A stretch of DNA of 64,000 nt from Camelus ferus. Taxonomy: Eukaryota. Position numbers and translations under genes: made by a program. Positions within the stretch are counted from its first letter, which is position 1. Each line of letters starts with the position of its first letter. Positions 37,424-50,787 of this stretch are shown here, one piece after another. The stretch covers positions 17,052,001-17,116,000 of the forward strand of contig NC_045696.1 in the NCBI RefSeq assembly GCF_009834535.1. The letters are read 5' to 3'. The notes under the pieces were generated by a model. The model saw only the letters and a list, made by a program, of their open reading frames with translations. It had not been told where the DNA came from and did not search any database.

Positions 37424-38284
37424 AAAATGGCTAAGGAATGTGATTTAAAACTGTACACATGGACCTGGTGTGAATACCAGGTTCAGAATCTATTTTGCAA
37501 CAAAACAATGTTGGAAATCTTAAATACAGAATAAAGTTAAGTAAACATTTCTCATCCGAAGTATTTACTGAACCTTTCTCAGGTGATTGGATGAATCAAT
37601 GACTAGGATATATACAGTAAAATAAACCCTAATTATTTCATTGGTTGAATACAACAAAACATTTTAATAGAAATGGATGTCAAAAGTGACTTATTTTACA
37701 CTAGTAAAAACTCTTACTTAAACATCAGATTTCTAAAACACTAAAAATAAGAAAAAAATCAGCTTTTATTTTTCCAAGGACTTTAATGTTTATTGAACAA
37801 ATTTGCTAATGAGCCCTATCAAAAAGAATATACTAATTAAAATACAAGTATTTGTAGAATTGAACTTTCAATAATGTTCTAAAAATGAATTTCTCTAGTT
37901 TATGTGAATGTTTAATTTACAAATAAAATGTACATTTAATGAAAACAAAAGTCAATTAGAGTTTCAAATATTTTAAATTAACTGTACTGTTTATTGCTAA
38001 AAATCTTAACAACAGGTCATTAAATCACTCTGAACTTTTGTTTTAATTTGCTTTTTTTCCTGTAAATTTGAACATGAGATGGAACTTAGAAACAACTCAA
38101 AATAATTATTTTTACAAAAACAATAAAGTATCTCTACTCTTCTATATTTGCTTTGATTCCAAAGATACCTATTACATGAAGGTCAGGACAGTTTAGTGCT
38201 CTTTGCAGAAGTTCTAAACTCTTTTCTGTTCTTACCAAAATACAGAGGTCAACAGAGTCTAGCGAATTTACCAGAAATGGACTC

Positions 38285-38537
38285 TGTGATTATCAGTGCA
38301 GAATAGAATTAGAATACCTGGGGCTGAATCTCAACCCCACCACTTACTTGTTATGTAAATTTGGGCAAGTTATTTAACTCCTGCAAGATTTTATTTCCTC
38401 ATCTGTAATATGAAAATGCTGAAACTAATACTTAAAAGGATTATTTTGAAAGTAAAGTAGGTAAGATATGTGAAGTATATCTTGCAGAGTCAGGAACACA
38501 GTAAATTAAGGCTCACTCGCTATTGGTTTGCTATTAT
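38285..38537 (+). mobile_element. MIR (MIRb-like), near full length
   Basis: Core 'ccaccacttacttgttatgtaaatttgggcaagttatttaactc...tttcctcatctgtaatatg' and tail 'gtcaggaacacagtaa...gctattat'. Confidence 0.85.
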
Positions 38538-39954
38538 GCACTTATAATTTATGTGATGTTCTTGGATTCTGATGATCCCAGCATCTTCTACCAAAATCTC
38601 TGTTCTCTCTGCTGGTGTCTACTCCTGTCTCCCACACTCTTCTTTTCTCTGCAGCTTTCTTCATTCTGAGCTAAAGAGGGATCTATCTACTATCTCATTC
38701 TTGCCTAACAAAAGCAAATTTTGATATAAATCTATAATAAAAAAATACCTTATAAGGGCTTACCATATAATCTCCTTAGGGTGTTTTGTGTGGTGAAATA
38801 AGACAAAATAGAACATTCCATAACAAATGGATACCCCACCAGCAGTCTCACCCCTGCTAAGCACTTCACAGGAGCTTCATGCGCATGATTTAATGGGGAA
38901 CCATCACATCTGCCTGGAAAGGCAGTTTGTCTTGGGCACTAATAAAGGCCCATGGGGTCCCGAGTTAGATCAGGTGCTTGCCTAGTTCTTCCAAAGACAT
39001 ACTTTCAAAGACCTGAACAATCTGTGTTGCTTTCTTTTTGTTCTTTCATGTTTGACCTGTCTTATGTTTACCTTAGAAGTGAGATTTTGTGACTTGTAAC
39101 TTGTTTTTAATGTCTCATTGACTTATCATTTTGATTCCTAGAAGGTAGGGCCATGGAGTTAAATGATTTTTTTTTTTTCCTGTAGCACAGTGCTGACCTG
39201 TAGTGAGTTCTCAACAAGTATTTAATGGAGTCTAATTCAGACTTTTTTCCTCTAGCCAAATATTAAACATTTCCCCATTTTTAAATAAACATAATTTTTA
39301 TACTTTTACTCTGTGGTGAAGAATATAACTAGGTAATAATTTTATTTAATTCCCTCTGAAGTGGAAGCACCCTCTTAGATGGGCAACACCAGTCAAACCT
39401 TTTTTTCAAAGCTTGCAGCTAAATACTCCATTAACTGGAATAAGTGGGAAGGTCAATCTAGAATATTCTTTTGTAATTTTTTAATATGCAGTCTGTCAGA
39501 TATTTATTCCCTGTTCATATGAGGTGTTCATATAAAGTGTTTCCTGTTCATGCAATGACTATGGAACATGAGAGGTCTTTCTAGTGAACATATATTAAAC
39601 ACTACTAATTTCAGTTTATCTAATTAATGAAATTTTTAGTGCATATTTCTATAAAAAATATACCAAGGTCTTGGTAAACTCCTCTGAATGTGGATTCCAA
39701 ATATGAGACTTCTTAAACAAAATAAACAAGATGAATGCATGTGTATGTGTGAAATTCTAATTATACCATTTTAAATTTCAAAATCTATTCTTATATTACA
39801 GATCAATTTAACTCATACACATTTATATTATACTATTTTAATAAATATTTTTACTATACATGTATTTACGTGTATATGTGCACATTTATGTGTCTATATG
39901 TATAGTGATGTATGTATATGTAATTTCATGTCATTTAATGAATTTTAATTATGT

Positions 39955-40295
39955 TTAATCATCAATCACCTGACCTATAGGAAATGTGAAAAAGCAATCT
40001 AAATAAAAGAAAAAGAGAAGGCTTTAAAGGAAACAGATAAGATAGGTGGAGGAAATAGAGGTATATATAATATCTTCAAAGACATTTAAAAAAGATCTGA
40101 CATCTTTGAAAAGGCAACAGAAAACAAGAAGAATCTGGTGAACATTAAAATATAGTATCAAAACAAAAGAAAACTTAGAGATAAATTTGACAAACTCATT
40201 TTGAATCCTGAAAAAAAGATAAAAAGATAAAAAATGTAAGATAGAGGAGACAGCGAGTCACTTCTATCCTGGAAGTTCCCAGAAGTGGAAAAAAA
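39955..40295 (+). mobile_element. Very old L1/HAL1 ORF1-like fragment
   Basis: A-rich, with 'tatcctggaagttcccagaagtggaaaa' typical of decayed ORF1. Confidence 0.45.
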
Positions 40296-40439
40296 GATGC
40301 AACTAATTTTTTTATACTTTTGTTAGAAAGCAATTTAGAGTTTCTAAAATAAATCAGATATGTTTTAATGATTAATTACCTTTTATAATCATTTTCAAGT
40401 ATATGTGTTTGCATTTATATGTAATTACAAAATGATCTT

Positions 40440-40552
40440 TTTATCTATCTATCCATTCATCTCTGTCTGCCTATGTATCTCATCCATCCATCCACCAATC
40501 CATCCATCCATCCATGCATTTGCCCATGAATTCATCCATCTATCTATCTGCC
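40440..40552. repeat. Degenerate (TCTA)n/(TCCA)n microsatellite
   Basis: Directly visible. Confidence 0.9.
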
Positions 40553-40666
40553 CATGTAATAAATGGATTTTCTGTTTAGGTGAATTTTAGAAAATTTGTA
40601 CTATTTCAAGATTCAATAATATATTAATACATTAGACTTACAGTATTTTTGTTCACATTTTTAATT

Positions 40667-41565
40667 GTATCAGTTATTGATGCATAGCAACAGACATTCC
40701 CTTAGCTCACAACTTGGACTGGACTCTGGTGGCTAGTACATCTGATCTCAGCAGAACCCTCTAAAGTGTTTGCATGAAGTTGAAGGACATCAATTGGCTC
40801 TGTTTCTGAGCATATTTTGACTGCCTGCTGGACAATCTCACTTGTTCATGAAACAAAGGTCAAGGTAAAAGGTAAAGTTTGTTCTCATGGCAACAACAGA
40901 AGCTTAAAAGAGAAAGCAGGGAAAGACTTGAGATCTATGGTCAAAACTGACACACTATTATTTTTTTCTTTTTAATATATTTTTATTGAAGTATAGTCGA
41001 TTTACAATGTTGTGTCAATTTCTGGTGTACAACACAATGCTTCAATCATACATGAACATACATAGATTTGTTTTCATGTTGTTTTTCAAGATAGGTTACG
41101 ACAAGATGTTGAATATAGTTCCCTGTGCTATACAGTATGAACTTGTTGTTTATCTATTTTATATGTATTAGTTAGTATCTACAAATCTCAAACTCCCAAT
41201 TTATCCTTTCCCACCCCCTTCCTCACCCTCAGTAACCATAAGTTTGTTTTCTATGTATGTGAGTCTGTTTCTGTTTTGTAAATAAGTTTGTTTGTCTCTT
41301 TTTTTTTTTTAAGATTCCACATATAAGGGATATCATACGGTATTTTTCTGGTTTGATAATGTTCTTTTGTATTAGCTTGGTTTCTTTTTGGGTTTTGTGG
41401 CACTCTATTATTTTATGCTAGATGTAACAGTAGTTAAGCAAGTATCAAGGTCAGCCAAGTTTCTGCTGGGAGGAAATAAAAACTGTCTCTTAGTGGAACT
41501 ATCTTCAAAGTCACATTGCAAAGACTGTGTGTGTAGACAGGGTTGGCTATGTTTGCCATCTCAAT
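40667..41565 (-). mobile_element. MLT1H/G-like MaLR LTR split by an L1 insertion
   Basis: Left part 'tgtatcagttattgatgcatagcaac...ttagctcacaac...gttctcatggc'; right part 'aagcaagtatcaaggtcagcc...caaagtcacattgcaaag'; joined across the L1 TSD. Confidence 0.7.
40965..41397 (-). mobile_element. Young L1 3' end, 5'-truncated, with 17-bp TSD
   Basis: L1 3' UTR motifs ('gattccacatataagggatatcatacggtattt'); TSD TGACACACTATTATTTT (40948-40964) / TGGCACTCTATTATTTT (41398-41414). Confidence 0.92.
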
Positions 41566-41930
41566 TATGATCTTTTTTTTACCGTGTAACTGACTTAGAG
41601 GAGTTTAATAGATTACCTTATAAAAAAGTTAAATTGAGTTTTGCCTTGTTGTTTTGCTCTGCTTTGTTTTGTTTCAGTTCTGCTTTGTTGAATACTCACT
41701 TCAAACTGATCTCATCATTGTCTTTTTTCTTGCAATTGTCTAGGGTTTCTGTGTGCACATGTGTAGTGTGTGCATGTGTGTATGTGTGTGTGTGTTTCTG
41801 TGTGTGCCTATTCAATAACTAGATTATTTTAAAATTATGAGTACTAGCATACTTCTTATAAGTAATGAGGCTAATATATTCAAAATCTGGTCTGGAATCT
41901 AATCTATCCATGTATCTATCTATTTATCTA

Positions 41931-42100
41931 CAGTTGATGCTGAACAACATGGCTTTTGATTGTGTGGGTCCACTTATACATAGATTCTTTCCAACAAATA
42001 TGTACTAAGTACCACATGATCTGTATTTGGTTGAATCCTCGGATGCAGAATCATGGATACTGAGGTTCAATTGTAAAGTTATATGTGTAATTCAACTGCA
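41931..42100 (+). mobile_element. Tigger2a-type fragment (right end missing)
   Basis: TA|CAGTTGATGCTGAACAACATGG...GGGTCCACTTATAC...GGTTGAATCCTCGGATGCAGAA; paralogous to 4048-4250. Confidence 0.8.
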
Positions 42101-42877
42101 AATATGTATGTGTATATATAGATCATTTTTGTTTATACTACTAACTCCTATTCTATATCAGAGAGCAATGCAATTGTGATACTTCAATTACAAATTGGCA
42201 AAATAACCAGCAATTTTTAATAAATAAAATAAATTAAAATAAAAAGTCTGGTTATGAAGAAAAGGTTAAATAATCTTTTCACCGAAATAAATTCATTTAC
42301 TCTGAATTTCACGGCTCTAAGGAAGTGATGTTGATGATTGTTTTCCTTGCCAAGCAACATACCCATGCAATTTATTTTAAAATAGCTTAAAAAGGCATAG
42401 TTTGAAGGCATTAGTTTAATCATGCATGCATTATTTTTCTATAATAAAAGAAGTCTGTCATGATCAGGGAAATAATATCTTTTTATAGAGAAAGAATAAA
42501 GATCTTTCTTGTATAAATTTGTATTAAATAGTGATGTACTAAATAGTGATGACATAGAAACTCAGAATTAATTGATTAGTATTATACTTCCTTATCCTAC
42601 ACTTAGACTTCAGAGATAAAAATATAAAGCAAGGTGTATGAAGATTTCAATAAAAAATCATGAACGTAAAAAAGGACCACTACTTCTTATAATTTAATTA
42701 GGTTATAAGGAGCAATCTTACAGCTCAGTAAGCATTGATATTCCTATTAAAAACAAACATGAATTTTCTATGTAGGGTTAATTATGCTTGCTCTCTTGTC
42801 GCATTATAAGTTAGAAAATAAAATGTCTACTAAGAAAATCCATAAACATGTAGATTACATAGGTTTTAAAAGAAAGT

Positions 42878-44270
42878 TAAGACTATTCTTGTAGAGCAGT
42901 TATAGGTTAAAGAAAAATTGACTAGAAAGCACAGAGAGTTCCCATATACCTTCTCACGCCTCCCCAGTTCCCTTTATTTTTCACATCTTGTATTAGTGTG
43001 GTACATTGTTTTAAAAATTAAAAATGTACCAATATTGATACATCATCATTATTAAAGTCTGTAGTTTACATTAGGGTTCACGGTTTGTGCTGTACATTCT
43101 AAGTGTGTTGACAAATGTATAATAACATGTATCTGCCATTATAGTGTCATCCAGAATAGTTTCTCTCCCCTAATAATCTCCTGTGATCCATCAATTTGTT
43201 CTTTCCTCCCTTCTGACGAACTCCTGGCAACCACCAGTGTTTTCACATTCTCTATAGCTTTGCCTTTTCCAGTGGTGTGTCTTATTTTTGGAATAATATG
43301 AAGCTTTTTCAGATTGGCTTCTTTCACTTAATAATGTGCTTTTAAATTTCCACCATGTATTTTTGTGGCTTGATAGCTCATTTCTTTTTATTTCTGATTA
43401 ATATTTTATTTTATGAATGTCCCACAGTTTGTTCATGCATTCACTGATTGCAGGACATCTTGGCTCTTTCTGAGTTTTGGTGATGATGAATTAATCTGCC
43501 ATAAACATCTTTGAGCAGGCTTTTTTGTAGGCCCTTTCAACTCATTTGCATAAATACAAAATCATGATTGCTGGATTATATGATGAGAGTATGGTTACTT
43601 TTGCAAGAAAGTGTCAAAACATCTTCCCAAGTGTGTGCTAATTTGCATTCTCACAGTGATAAAGGAGATTTCCTGTTGCTCCACATCCTCACCAGCATCT
43701 GTCAGTGTTTTGGATTTTCATTATTTTAATAAGTGTATTTAATGGATATCACACTGTTATCTGTCATTGTATATGATGAGGTGTTAATTCAGATCTTTGG
43801 CCCATTTTTTAATAAGCTGTTATAATCTTATTATTAAATTTTAAGTGTTCCTTGTATATTTTGTATAACAGTCATTTATCAGATAAATCATTTGAAATAT
43901 TTTTTTTTTTCCAGTTTGTAGGCTTATCTCCTCATTCTCTTGACAGTGTCTTCTGTAGGGCAGGTGATTTTAATCTTGATGAAGTCCAGTTTATCCATTT
44001 TTTTCTTTCATGGTTCATAATTTGGTGTATTATTTAAAAAGTCACCATCAAACTCAAGGTCACCTAGTTTTTCTGCTATGATTCTTCTTTGAATTTTACA
44101 CTTTTGAGTTTTACATTCAGATCTATTACCCATTTGGAGTTAATATTTGTGAAAAGTGTAAAGATTGTGTCTAGATTCTTTTTTTTTTTTTTTTTTTTTG
44201 CATATGTATCTCCAGGTGTTCCTTCCAGCATCTTTGTTGAAAAGACCATAGTTTGCTTTTTTAATTTTAT
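42878..44270 (-). mobile_element. L1MC1/L1MC2-like 3' UTR plus ORF2 end
   Basis: 'cagagagttcccatatacc', 'gtagtttacattagggttcac', 'ctcctggcaaccacc', 'tcctgttgctccacatcctcaccagcat', 'ccatttggagttaatatttgtg'. Confidence 0.9.
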
Positions 44271-45019
44271 ATAATCACCAAACACTTGGCACTGACAAAA
44301 TTTGGTTGATTTCTCTAGCTAATAAATGCCACAGATAACTCTTCTCTAGCTATTGAATTTGTGTTACTTATAGTTCTAATTTAAAAATTGCCTTAAAATA
44401 GAGAATCAGAAAATTTGTAATAATAAAATGAGAGAGGAGAATCAAGATAGTTTTGCAGTTACTTGCAAATCTTAACCTAATCCTCAGAATCCTGTTAGTA
44501 AATTTGAGACGTTTCATTGCCAAAATCCACTGCACTAACCCTTCAGTAATTCAAGTGTTACTTAAAGTGATGTAGGTGCAACAATCTTAGTCAAAGACAG
44601 CCCAGCTCCGTAGAACATTCTTTGGAGAATATTTTCTGTGTGTTTAAGTGAGCACATGTTTTACCATGCATCTGAGGAAGAAGAGCTGTTTATAGCTTGT
44701 TTAGCACTTTTATGCTTTCACAGCTCCCTTCTGCGAAGTTGCTGTGGCTGTGAGAAGAGGATCAAGCCCCTGCTCTGTGCTACATGTTAACACCCTCTCT
44801 TAAGACACATGAATAAAAGTGGCTCGTAAGAGTCAAAGAACACTTGATTCAGACCAGTGCTATTTCAGTGAGTGGATGAGTTCACCGCTCCCTGCTGTGC
44901 GTAATCCCTTCTGAAAAAACACACGCATATGAGACGTTTCTAAGAGAGCCAGTTACACGCATAGTTCAGAATAATTGCTGACTTGATTTCCACTTTTCCA
45001 TCTCTCAAATGTGAACATA

Positions 45020-45417
45020 ATTCACATGATTTATTGCAGTTGAGAAGTCCCAAGATCTGGTAGTAAGCTGGAGATCCAGGGAAGCCAATAGTGAAGTTCC
45101 AGTCTGAGTCTGAAGGCCTGAGAACCAGGAGAGCTGAAAGTACCAACTGGAAAGACAGCAAGTTCAAGACCCAAGAAGAGTTAGTGTTTCAGTTTAAGTC
45201 TGAAGGCAGGAAAAGACCAATGTCCTAATTACAGCCTTCATTTAATTGGATGAGGACAACTCACATTAAGGAAGACAATGTCCTTTACTCAGTGTACTGA
45301 TTGATTCAAACATTAAGCTTATGCAGAACCATTTTCACAGACACACCCAGAATAATGTTTGACCCAATGTCTGAGCACCCTGTGACCCAGCCAAACTGAC
45401 ACAAAAAATTAGCCAGA
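45020..45417 (-). mobile_element. MLT2 (B/C-like) ERVL LTR
   Basis: 'gagaagtcccaagatctg...ccagtctgagtctgaaggcctgagaaccaggagagctg...attggatgagg...cacagacacacccagaataatgtttgacc...ccagccaaactgacaca'. Confidence 0.9.
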
Positions 45418-46009
45418 ATGGGTGAAGCAATGAAGTCACATTATGTGCAGATGTTAAGAAGGAATTTCTAACTCTTAAAAACTCTACTACATTAAACATT
45501 CTAAGCAAATTTTTTTCACATTATCAAATAGAGATAATAGAATTTGCATTAAATTTTTTAGGGATTTAAATCTTAATAAACTAGGTACAAATTAGAATGT
45601 TTGCACAGAATAGTAGAAAATATATATAATTTTCTAGGACTTTGAATAGTCAGTAATTTTCTGAGACTACAAAATCCATGCCAAATTGGGCTCCGAATGG
45701 GACTCATGATAATGGAAATGGATTATTTCTCTTCATTAAACATACATAGCCACCCAAACAGTAATGAGTGTAATCATTTACTTCTAATGTATGTAGAAAT
45801 ACATATCTTTGTAAAAGATAGCACTATATTGTTTTGATTTATCTGTATTAATATATATCCCATCTTCTTTCCAGAAATTGAAGCAACTGAATCCAAGCAT
45901 TAAATTCATTTTCTTATTACTAAATAAGATTCTTATTTGCAAATATCTAATAATACGGAACTGAAGTAACATGCCCACTTCAGAGCCATAATTTCACGAG
46001 TTAGAATTT

Positions 46010-46165
46010 TTAAAAGTTACGTTGACCTTTCTGAGCCTCGAGTGTGTCATTCGGTATAATGAGTGCTAATGTTCTAAATAATGTCTGAGGGGCCTAAAAG
46101 CACAATTTCTGAAAGGGTTGCTTAGTCTCCCTGGTGTAGTACACACAGTGGCAAAATACAGTAAA
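46010..46165 (+). mobile_element. MIR fragment
   Basis: 'aagttacgttgacctttctgagcctcgagtgtgtcatt' core-like sequence. Confidence 0.45.
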
Positions 46166-46901
46166 TAATCTCACAAGCTTACATTATATAATAGAACACT
46201 AAGGTTGCAATTACATTTTTGGTTGTCTTTACTAAGTAATTCTAAAGGGAATGTATTTCTAATAATGTAGTCAAATTTGCATGTTGATATGCAATATTAA
46301 AAGCACATTTTCCATTTTCTTAGGTTTCACCAATAATGTTTATGTTCATCCACAAGCCAATTTTAAGATTACTTTGAGGATATGAATGAGTATCAGCAAG
46401 GAAGGGCCATATTGGGGTAAATTTCTCTAGGGTACATAGAATGATCTTTTTCATCATCTCCTATTGCTCTCTGAGGCCTTTTTTCAGTTCTGCAAACTGA
46501 CATTTTGTTGTTTTAGAGCTTGAACAGCAAATGAAACATATTATTTAGTCCAATGAAATTATATGGAGGCAAAATCCTAGTTGTCTCACGTAATCAGCTT
46601 CTTTAGCTTTCTTTCTCTTTCAGAGAAAATATTCCTGTAGAAATCTTTCCTTGTGCTATAAAGAAATCTTTGCTTCATTTGATTGATAGGTGGATCGTAT
46701 TTAAATAAATACCATGTTGTTCCCATAGTATCACCCACGTTAGCCTAGTTTTTCCTTCTCTGCACTGGTAAAAATGACATCTTCTTTACAAGAGAATAAG
46801 GTCCTGTCTTTCTCTTGTGTATCCACATTTTTATCAGGCTTAAATTGAGTAATACATGCGTTATTGGGGTTATAGTTCCATTTGAAGCACTATTTAAAAA
46901 T

Positions 46902-47070
46902 TGGTGAATGAGGATTAAGAGGTACAAACTACGAGCTATAACTAATGTATAACAGGGAATATAGTCAATATTTTACAGTAACTTTGGAGTATAATCTAAA
47001 AAATATCAAATTACTATGCATACCTGAAACTAATATAATAAGTCAACTATACATTAATTAAGATAAATAA
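46902..47070 (+). mobile_element. L1 3' end fragment (laurasiatherian L1-like)
   Basis: 'ggattaagaggtacaaactac...acagggaatatagtcaatatttt...cctgaaactaatataata...gtcaactatac' plus an A-rich tail. Confidence 0.8.
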
Positions 47071-47374
47071 CTGCATACATAAATAAATACATAAAAATTA
47101 GTAATAAATATTCTGTAAAATTTAATTCATATTATATTTCCCTAAAGGGTATTCTATGAAGTGGACCAAAGAGATGTCATTCTTTATGACATTTGGAGAT
47201 AAGAGTGAGTGGGAGACCCCCTTTTCCTTTTTAAAATTTTAAAATCCCACAATTTTTTTTTTACTCACAAGGTCACCTAGGAAATATGGATTAGAAAAAT
47301 AAGTTTATCAAAGGATAAACATACCCTCTACTATATAGTTTGAACCTGTGCCTCTAAAACTGTGATATTTATGT

Positions 47375-47490
47375 GGTTCACCTGAAGACTTTCATTAAGT
47401 TATAAATTCTGATTCAATAGGTCTGGATGGGAAATTAAATTCTGCATTTTTAACAGCTCCCAGGTAAGGCCAAGGCTGTGGTACACATAT
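47375..47490. mobile_element. MER5A-like hAT fragment
   Basis: 'attctgattcaataggtctggatggg...ttctgcatttttaacagctcccaggt'. Confidence 0.75.
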
Positions 47491-47493
47491 ACT

Positions 47494-47547
47494 AATATAT
47501 GTATATATATGTATGTGTGTGTGTGTGTGTGTGTATGTGTGTGTATG
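47494..47547. repeat. (TA)n(TG)n microsatellite
   Basis: Directly visible. Confidence 0.95.
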
Positions 47548-48249
47548 CAATATTTAGGACATTTTATGTTTTTAAACATTCATGATCCAAATGTTGCTTT
47601 CAAAATAATGTATAAAATATGTATATCATGATCATGAATGCTTAATATCATAAAATAATCTAGATATTTTACTGTTTAATCAATTAACTGGAATTTTTAG
47701 AAATAAAATTTTTAAGTTGCATAAGAAATCTTATCCATTATTAAAGTCAGTTTGAAGTGTCATACATACATGGTGGTATGGGGTGTAAATTGGTTTAAAT
47801 TTCATACTAGGAAGAGTTTACTTTGACAATGACCATAACCTCTATTACAAGATTTGGAGTAACAAGTTTATATTTAGTAATTGAAAACTATTTTTTTCCT
47901 ACTGTGCCAAGGTTATTTTGACTAGTTACTCTGCATTAGAAAACTTTGTTATTCTACTTTAATAGTTTCAAGTTCTGAGCAAGAGATCTGAGTGGAAGAT
48001 CTGAATTTACAATACTCTAGATACATTTTTGAACAGGGAAACATTTAATAATGATGAACAGAAGTGAGATTTCTTCTGCGTTTTGAGAAAATTTTGGAGG
48101 CAATAGAAGTTTTGTATTGGAAGAAATTCTGTATTTTGGATTTGTTGATGAGAGAAATTTAATATGACTAGGATACAAACAATACAAATATCATTATACA
48201 TATGAGATACATACATCTATTCCATGTATATATAGGCAAAGACAATTTG

Positions 48250-48460
48250 TAATAACAATGATGCTAAGCATTTATTGAAAATTCTCTGTATTCAAAACTA
48301 TTCTAAGAACTTTACACATATTGTCTCATTACATTATTAAAATAAGCTATGAAATCAGTTTAATATGTACCCATTTTGTAGATGTAGAAACTGAGACTTA
48401 GAGAAGTCAACTGACTTGCCTGCCATGACACAACTAAGAGCTGCAGTGAAGATGTGATTG
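48250..48460 (-). mobile_element. MIR SINE
   Basis: 'gcatttattg...cccattttgtagatgtagaaactgagacttagagaagtcaactgacttgcc...acacaactaag'. Confidence 0.85.
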
Positions 48461-48619
48461 GAAGTAATTAAAAAAAAGCTCAATTTACAATATGTATTAG
48501 TCAGTATGATGAATCACATATCATTTTTCTTGCTTTTTATCACAAACTAAAATAATGCCTTATATATGAGATTTTTTTCATCAGATCGCAACTTAGTGCT
48601 ACCAAGTTTTATTTTAGTT

Positions 48620-48950
48620 ATTATGTTAGTTTATAGTAATGTACAAATAAAATTTAATTTCTCTGTGGCCTAACACAAAATAATTTATTTCTCAATAATG
48701 AAAAAGTTAAATAAGCAGTGCTCCCACTTAATGAAATAGAGGACATTTGGCCTCCAGTGTTAATGAAGAAGAGGAAGATAAAGATGGAAAAAGCTGATTA
48801 GCATTTATCTGCCTTGGCCTAGATCAGAAACACATCCTTCCAGTCACATATATTTGGCCAAAATTATTTGCATGACCTCAGCCCAACCTCAAGGGAGAAT
48901 ACAAAATGCCAGGCAGGGTATGGATATCTGGGGAGTGTGGTATCTGTTAC
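48620..48950 (-). mobile_element. MLT1J/K-like LTR
   Basis: 'gtggcctaacacaaaataatttatttctc', 'cacatatatttggccaaaatta...catgacctcagcccaacctcaaggga'. Confidence 0.6.
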
Positions 48951-49002
48951 AGAGTGTTTATACAGACTTTTAAATCTTACATGCATTTCATGTTACAGGC
49001 CC

Positions 49003-49420
49003 TTGTCTTAGATTGGGTTCCCTTGAAAGCCAACCCTAAGGCAAGGAATCAAGCACACGTACTTCGTTCAGGCAGAGAACCAGGAAACACTGGTGGGGGG
49101 GTGGGGGATTTGAACAAATAAGAGGTGGAAGCCAACAAAGGTTAGACTATAATGCAAGTTACAGTGATGGAATAGTTTACCTCCGTTGGGAACTCTGGGA
49201 ATAAGAGAACTCAAAGTCACCAACAGAAGTGAGGAACGTGTACTATTTTTCCACAGTCATCCATCCATCACTGGCTATGGACACGAGTTCCCCGGAACTC
49301 CTAGCCTTCCCCAAGATCAGGCTTGAGGGCTCCAGTGGTAAGAGAAAGTCCTTTGGTAACAAGACATAGATTTGCTGTTGGAAGTCAGAAAAAGGGGAAT
49401 ATGGGCAGGATGTTTATTAT
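49003..49420 (-). mobile_element. LTR67B-like ERVL LTR
   Basis: 'tgtcttagattgggttccc...accctaaggcaagga...ccaggaaacactgg...ggaagccaacaaagg...gggaactctggga'. Confidence 0.65.
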
Positions 49421-50269
49421 AAATACACACACTATGCGTTGTGTGTGTTTAAAATGCCCCTTATTTTATTTACGTATATATAAAATATATACACCTATAA
49501 AATATAATATCAATAACTATCAAAAATATAATTATATATAATAAATAATATGTATATAGAATATAATGATAAGGGATATTTATATTATATAAATCATTTC
49601 CTTTTGGACCAAAAGAATCTACAGGGAAGAGAAATTCAGTTTCTCTGACTGTCCCAGCTGAGTGCACTGTCATACTTACTGCTTGTGTTCCATGAAGTGA
49701 GGGAAATGACACAGTTTGACCAGCACACAATCCAATTCTCACATCATATGTACTGCTACAGGATTTTAAGCTCAACGTTTGAGGACTTCAGTATCCGGGT
49801 GAGAAGGAAGACCCTTTGTGATATGAGTTGGGTGAGATATGCCATTTGTAAACAGGGAATATAGTCGTGATATTAACTTTTCTTCTGCTTCTTAAGTTGC
49901 TTTCTCTCAAACAACAACAACAGAATGTATTATTTGCATTGCTCAGTGACGGCTAAACAACATACTGGTAACTGTGAGTTGAAAAAATTGTAAGGCCATT
50001 TTTAAACCATTATAAAGTATTAATCTGTCTGAACACTGTAACTATACAATTATAAGCTGCTGTGCAGATTACATTCTAAAATCAGCTTTTGTTCATCAAT
50101 TCTAAATGTATTTTATTTCTTTTTTTCATCCTCTGATTTGAGAAGGTTTTAACTTTTTAATTAGGAAATATTCTATATATAAGAATTTCAAAGCAGATGT
50201 AGCCTCAAATTGATATATTTAGAAGAAAGAAAAAGCATTTCTTCTAAAGACCTCATTTCCAGCTCTGTT

Positions 50270-50787
50270 TCTTACAATTTTCATCAGAGCCCTACATGAT
50301 TTGGTTCCGGAATAACTCTCCAGCGTCACGTCTTACCTCTTTACCCATTGCTTATTTCGCTTACTTGACCACTTTCTTTTCTTCATTCATGTCAAGGATG
50401 CTCTGAGCCTCCACATTTGCTGATTTCACTGAAATTGTCTCTTACCAGCCAGGTGCATTATTCCCTCAGTATATTCAGATCTCTGCTAAAAGGTCAAATC
50501 ATCAAATCAGCCTTTCCAGATCTTCCCACTTAACATGCAACTGTAATTTATACTTTCCCTATCTTTGCTCTATTTCCTTACTAATGTTTATCATTCTTGA
50601 GAACATTCATATGTTCAATTGCTTATGAATGTGTGGTCTTTCTCCTTAATTAGAATGTAATCTCCGTAGGGCAGGGGTCTTTGCCTATTCACTATAAAAT
50701 CCCCAGTGCCTAGAACATTGTCTGAAATATAGGACACACACAAAATATTTATTTAACTAATCAAAATCAATAAATGAATGGATGGAT
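50270..50787 (+). mobile_element. L2a 3' region
   Basis: 'gccctacatgatttgg...attcagatctctgctaaaaggtca...tagaatgtaatctccgtagggcagggg...atccccagtgcctagaaca...aaatgaatggatgg'. Confidence 0.9.

Noticed and set aside
37460..37485. Small hairpin TGGACCTGGTG-TGAA-TACCAGGTTCA
   Set aside because: An 11-bp stem with two G:U pairs is too short for a pre-miRNA and is plausible by chance in 64 kb.
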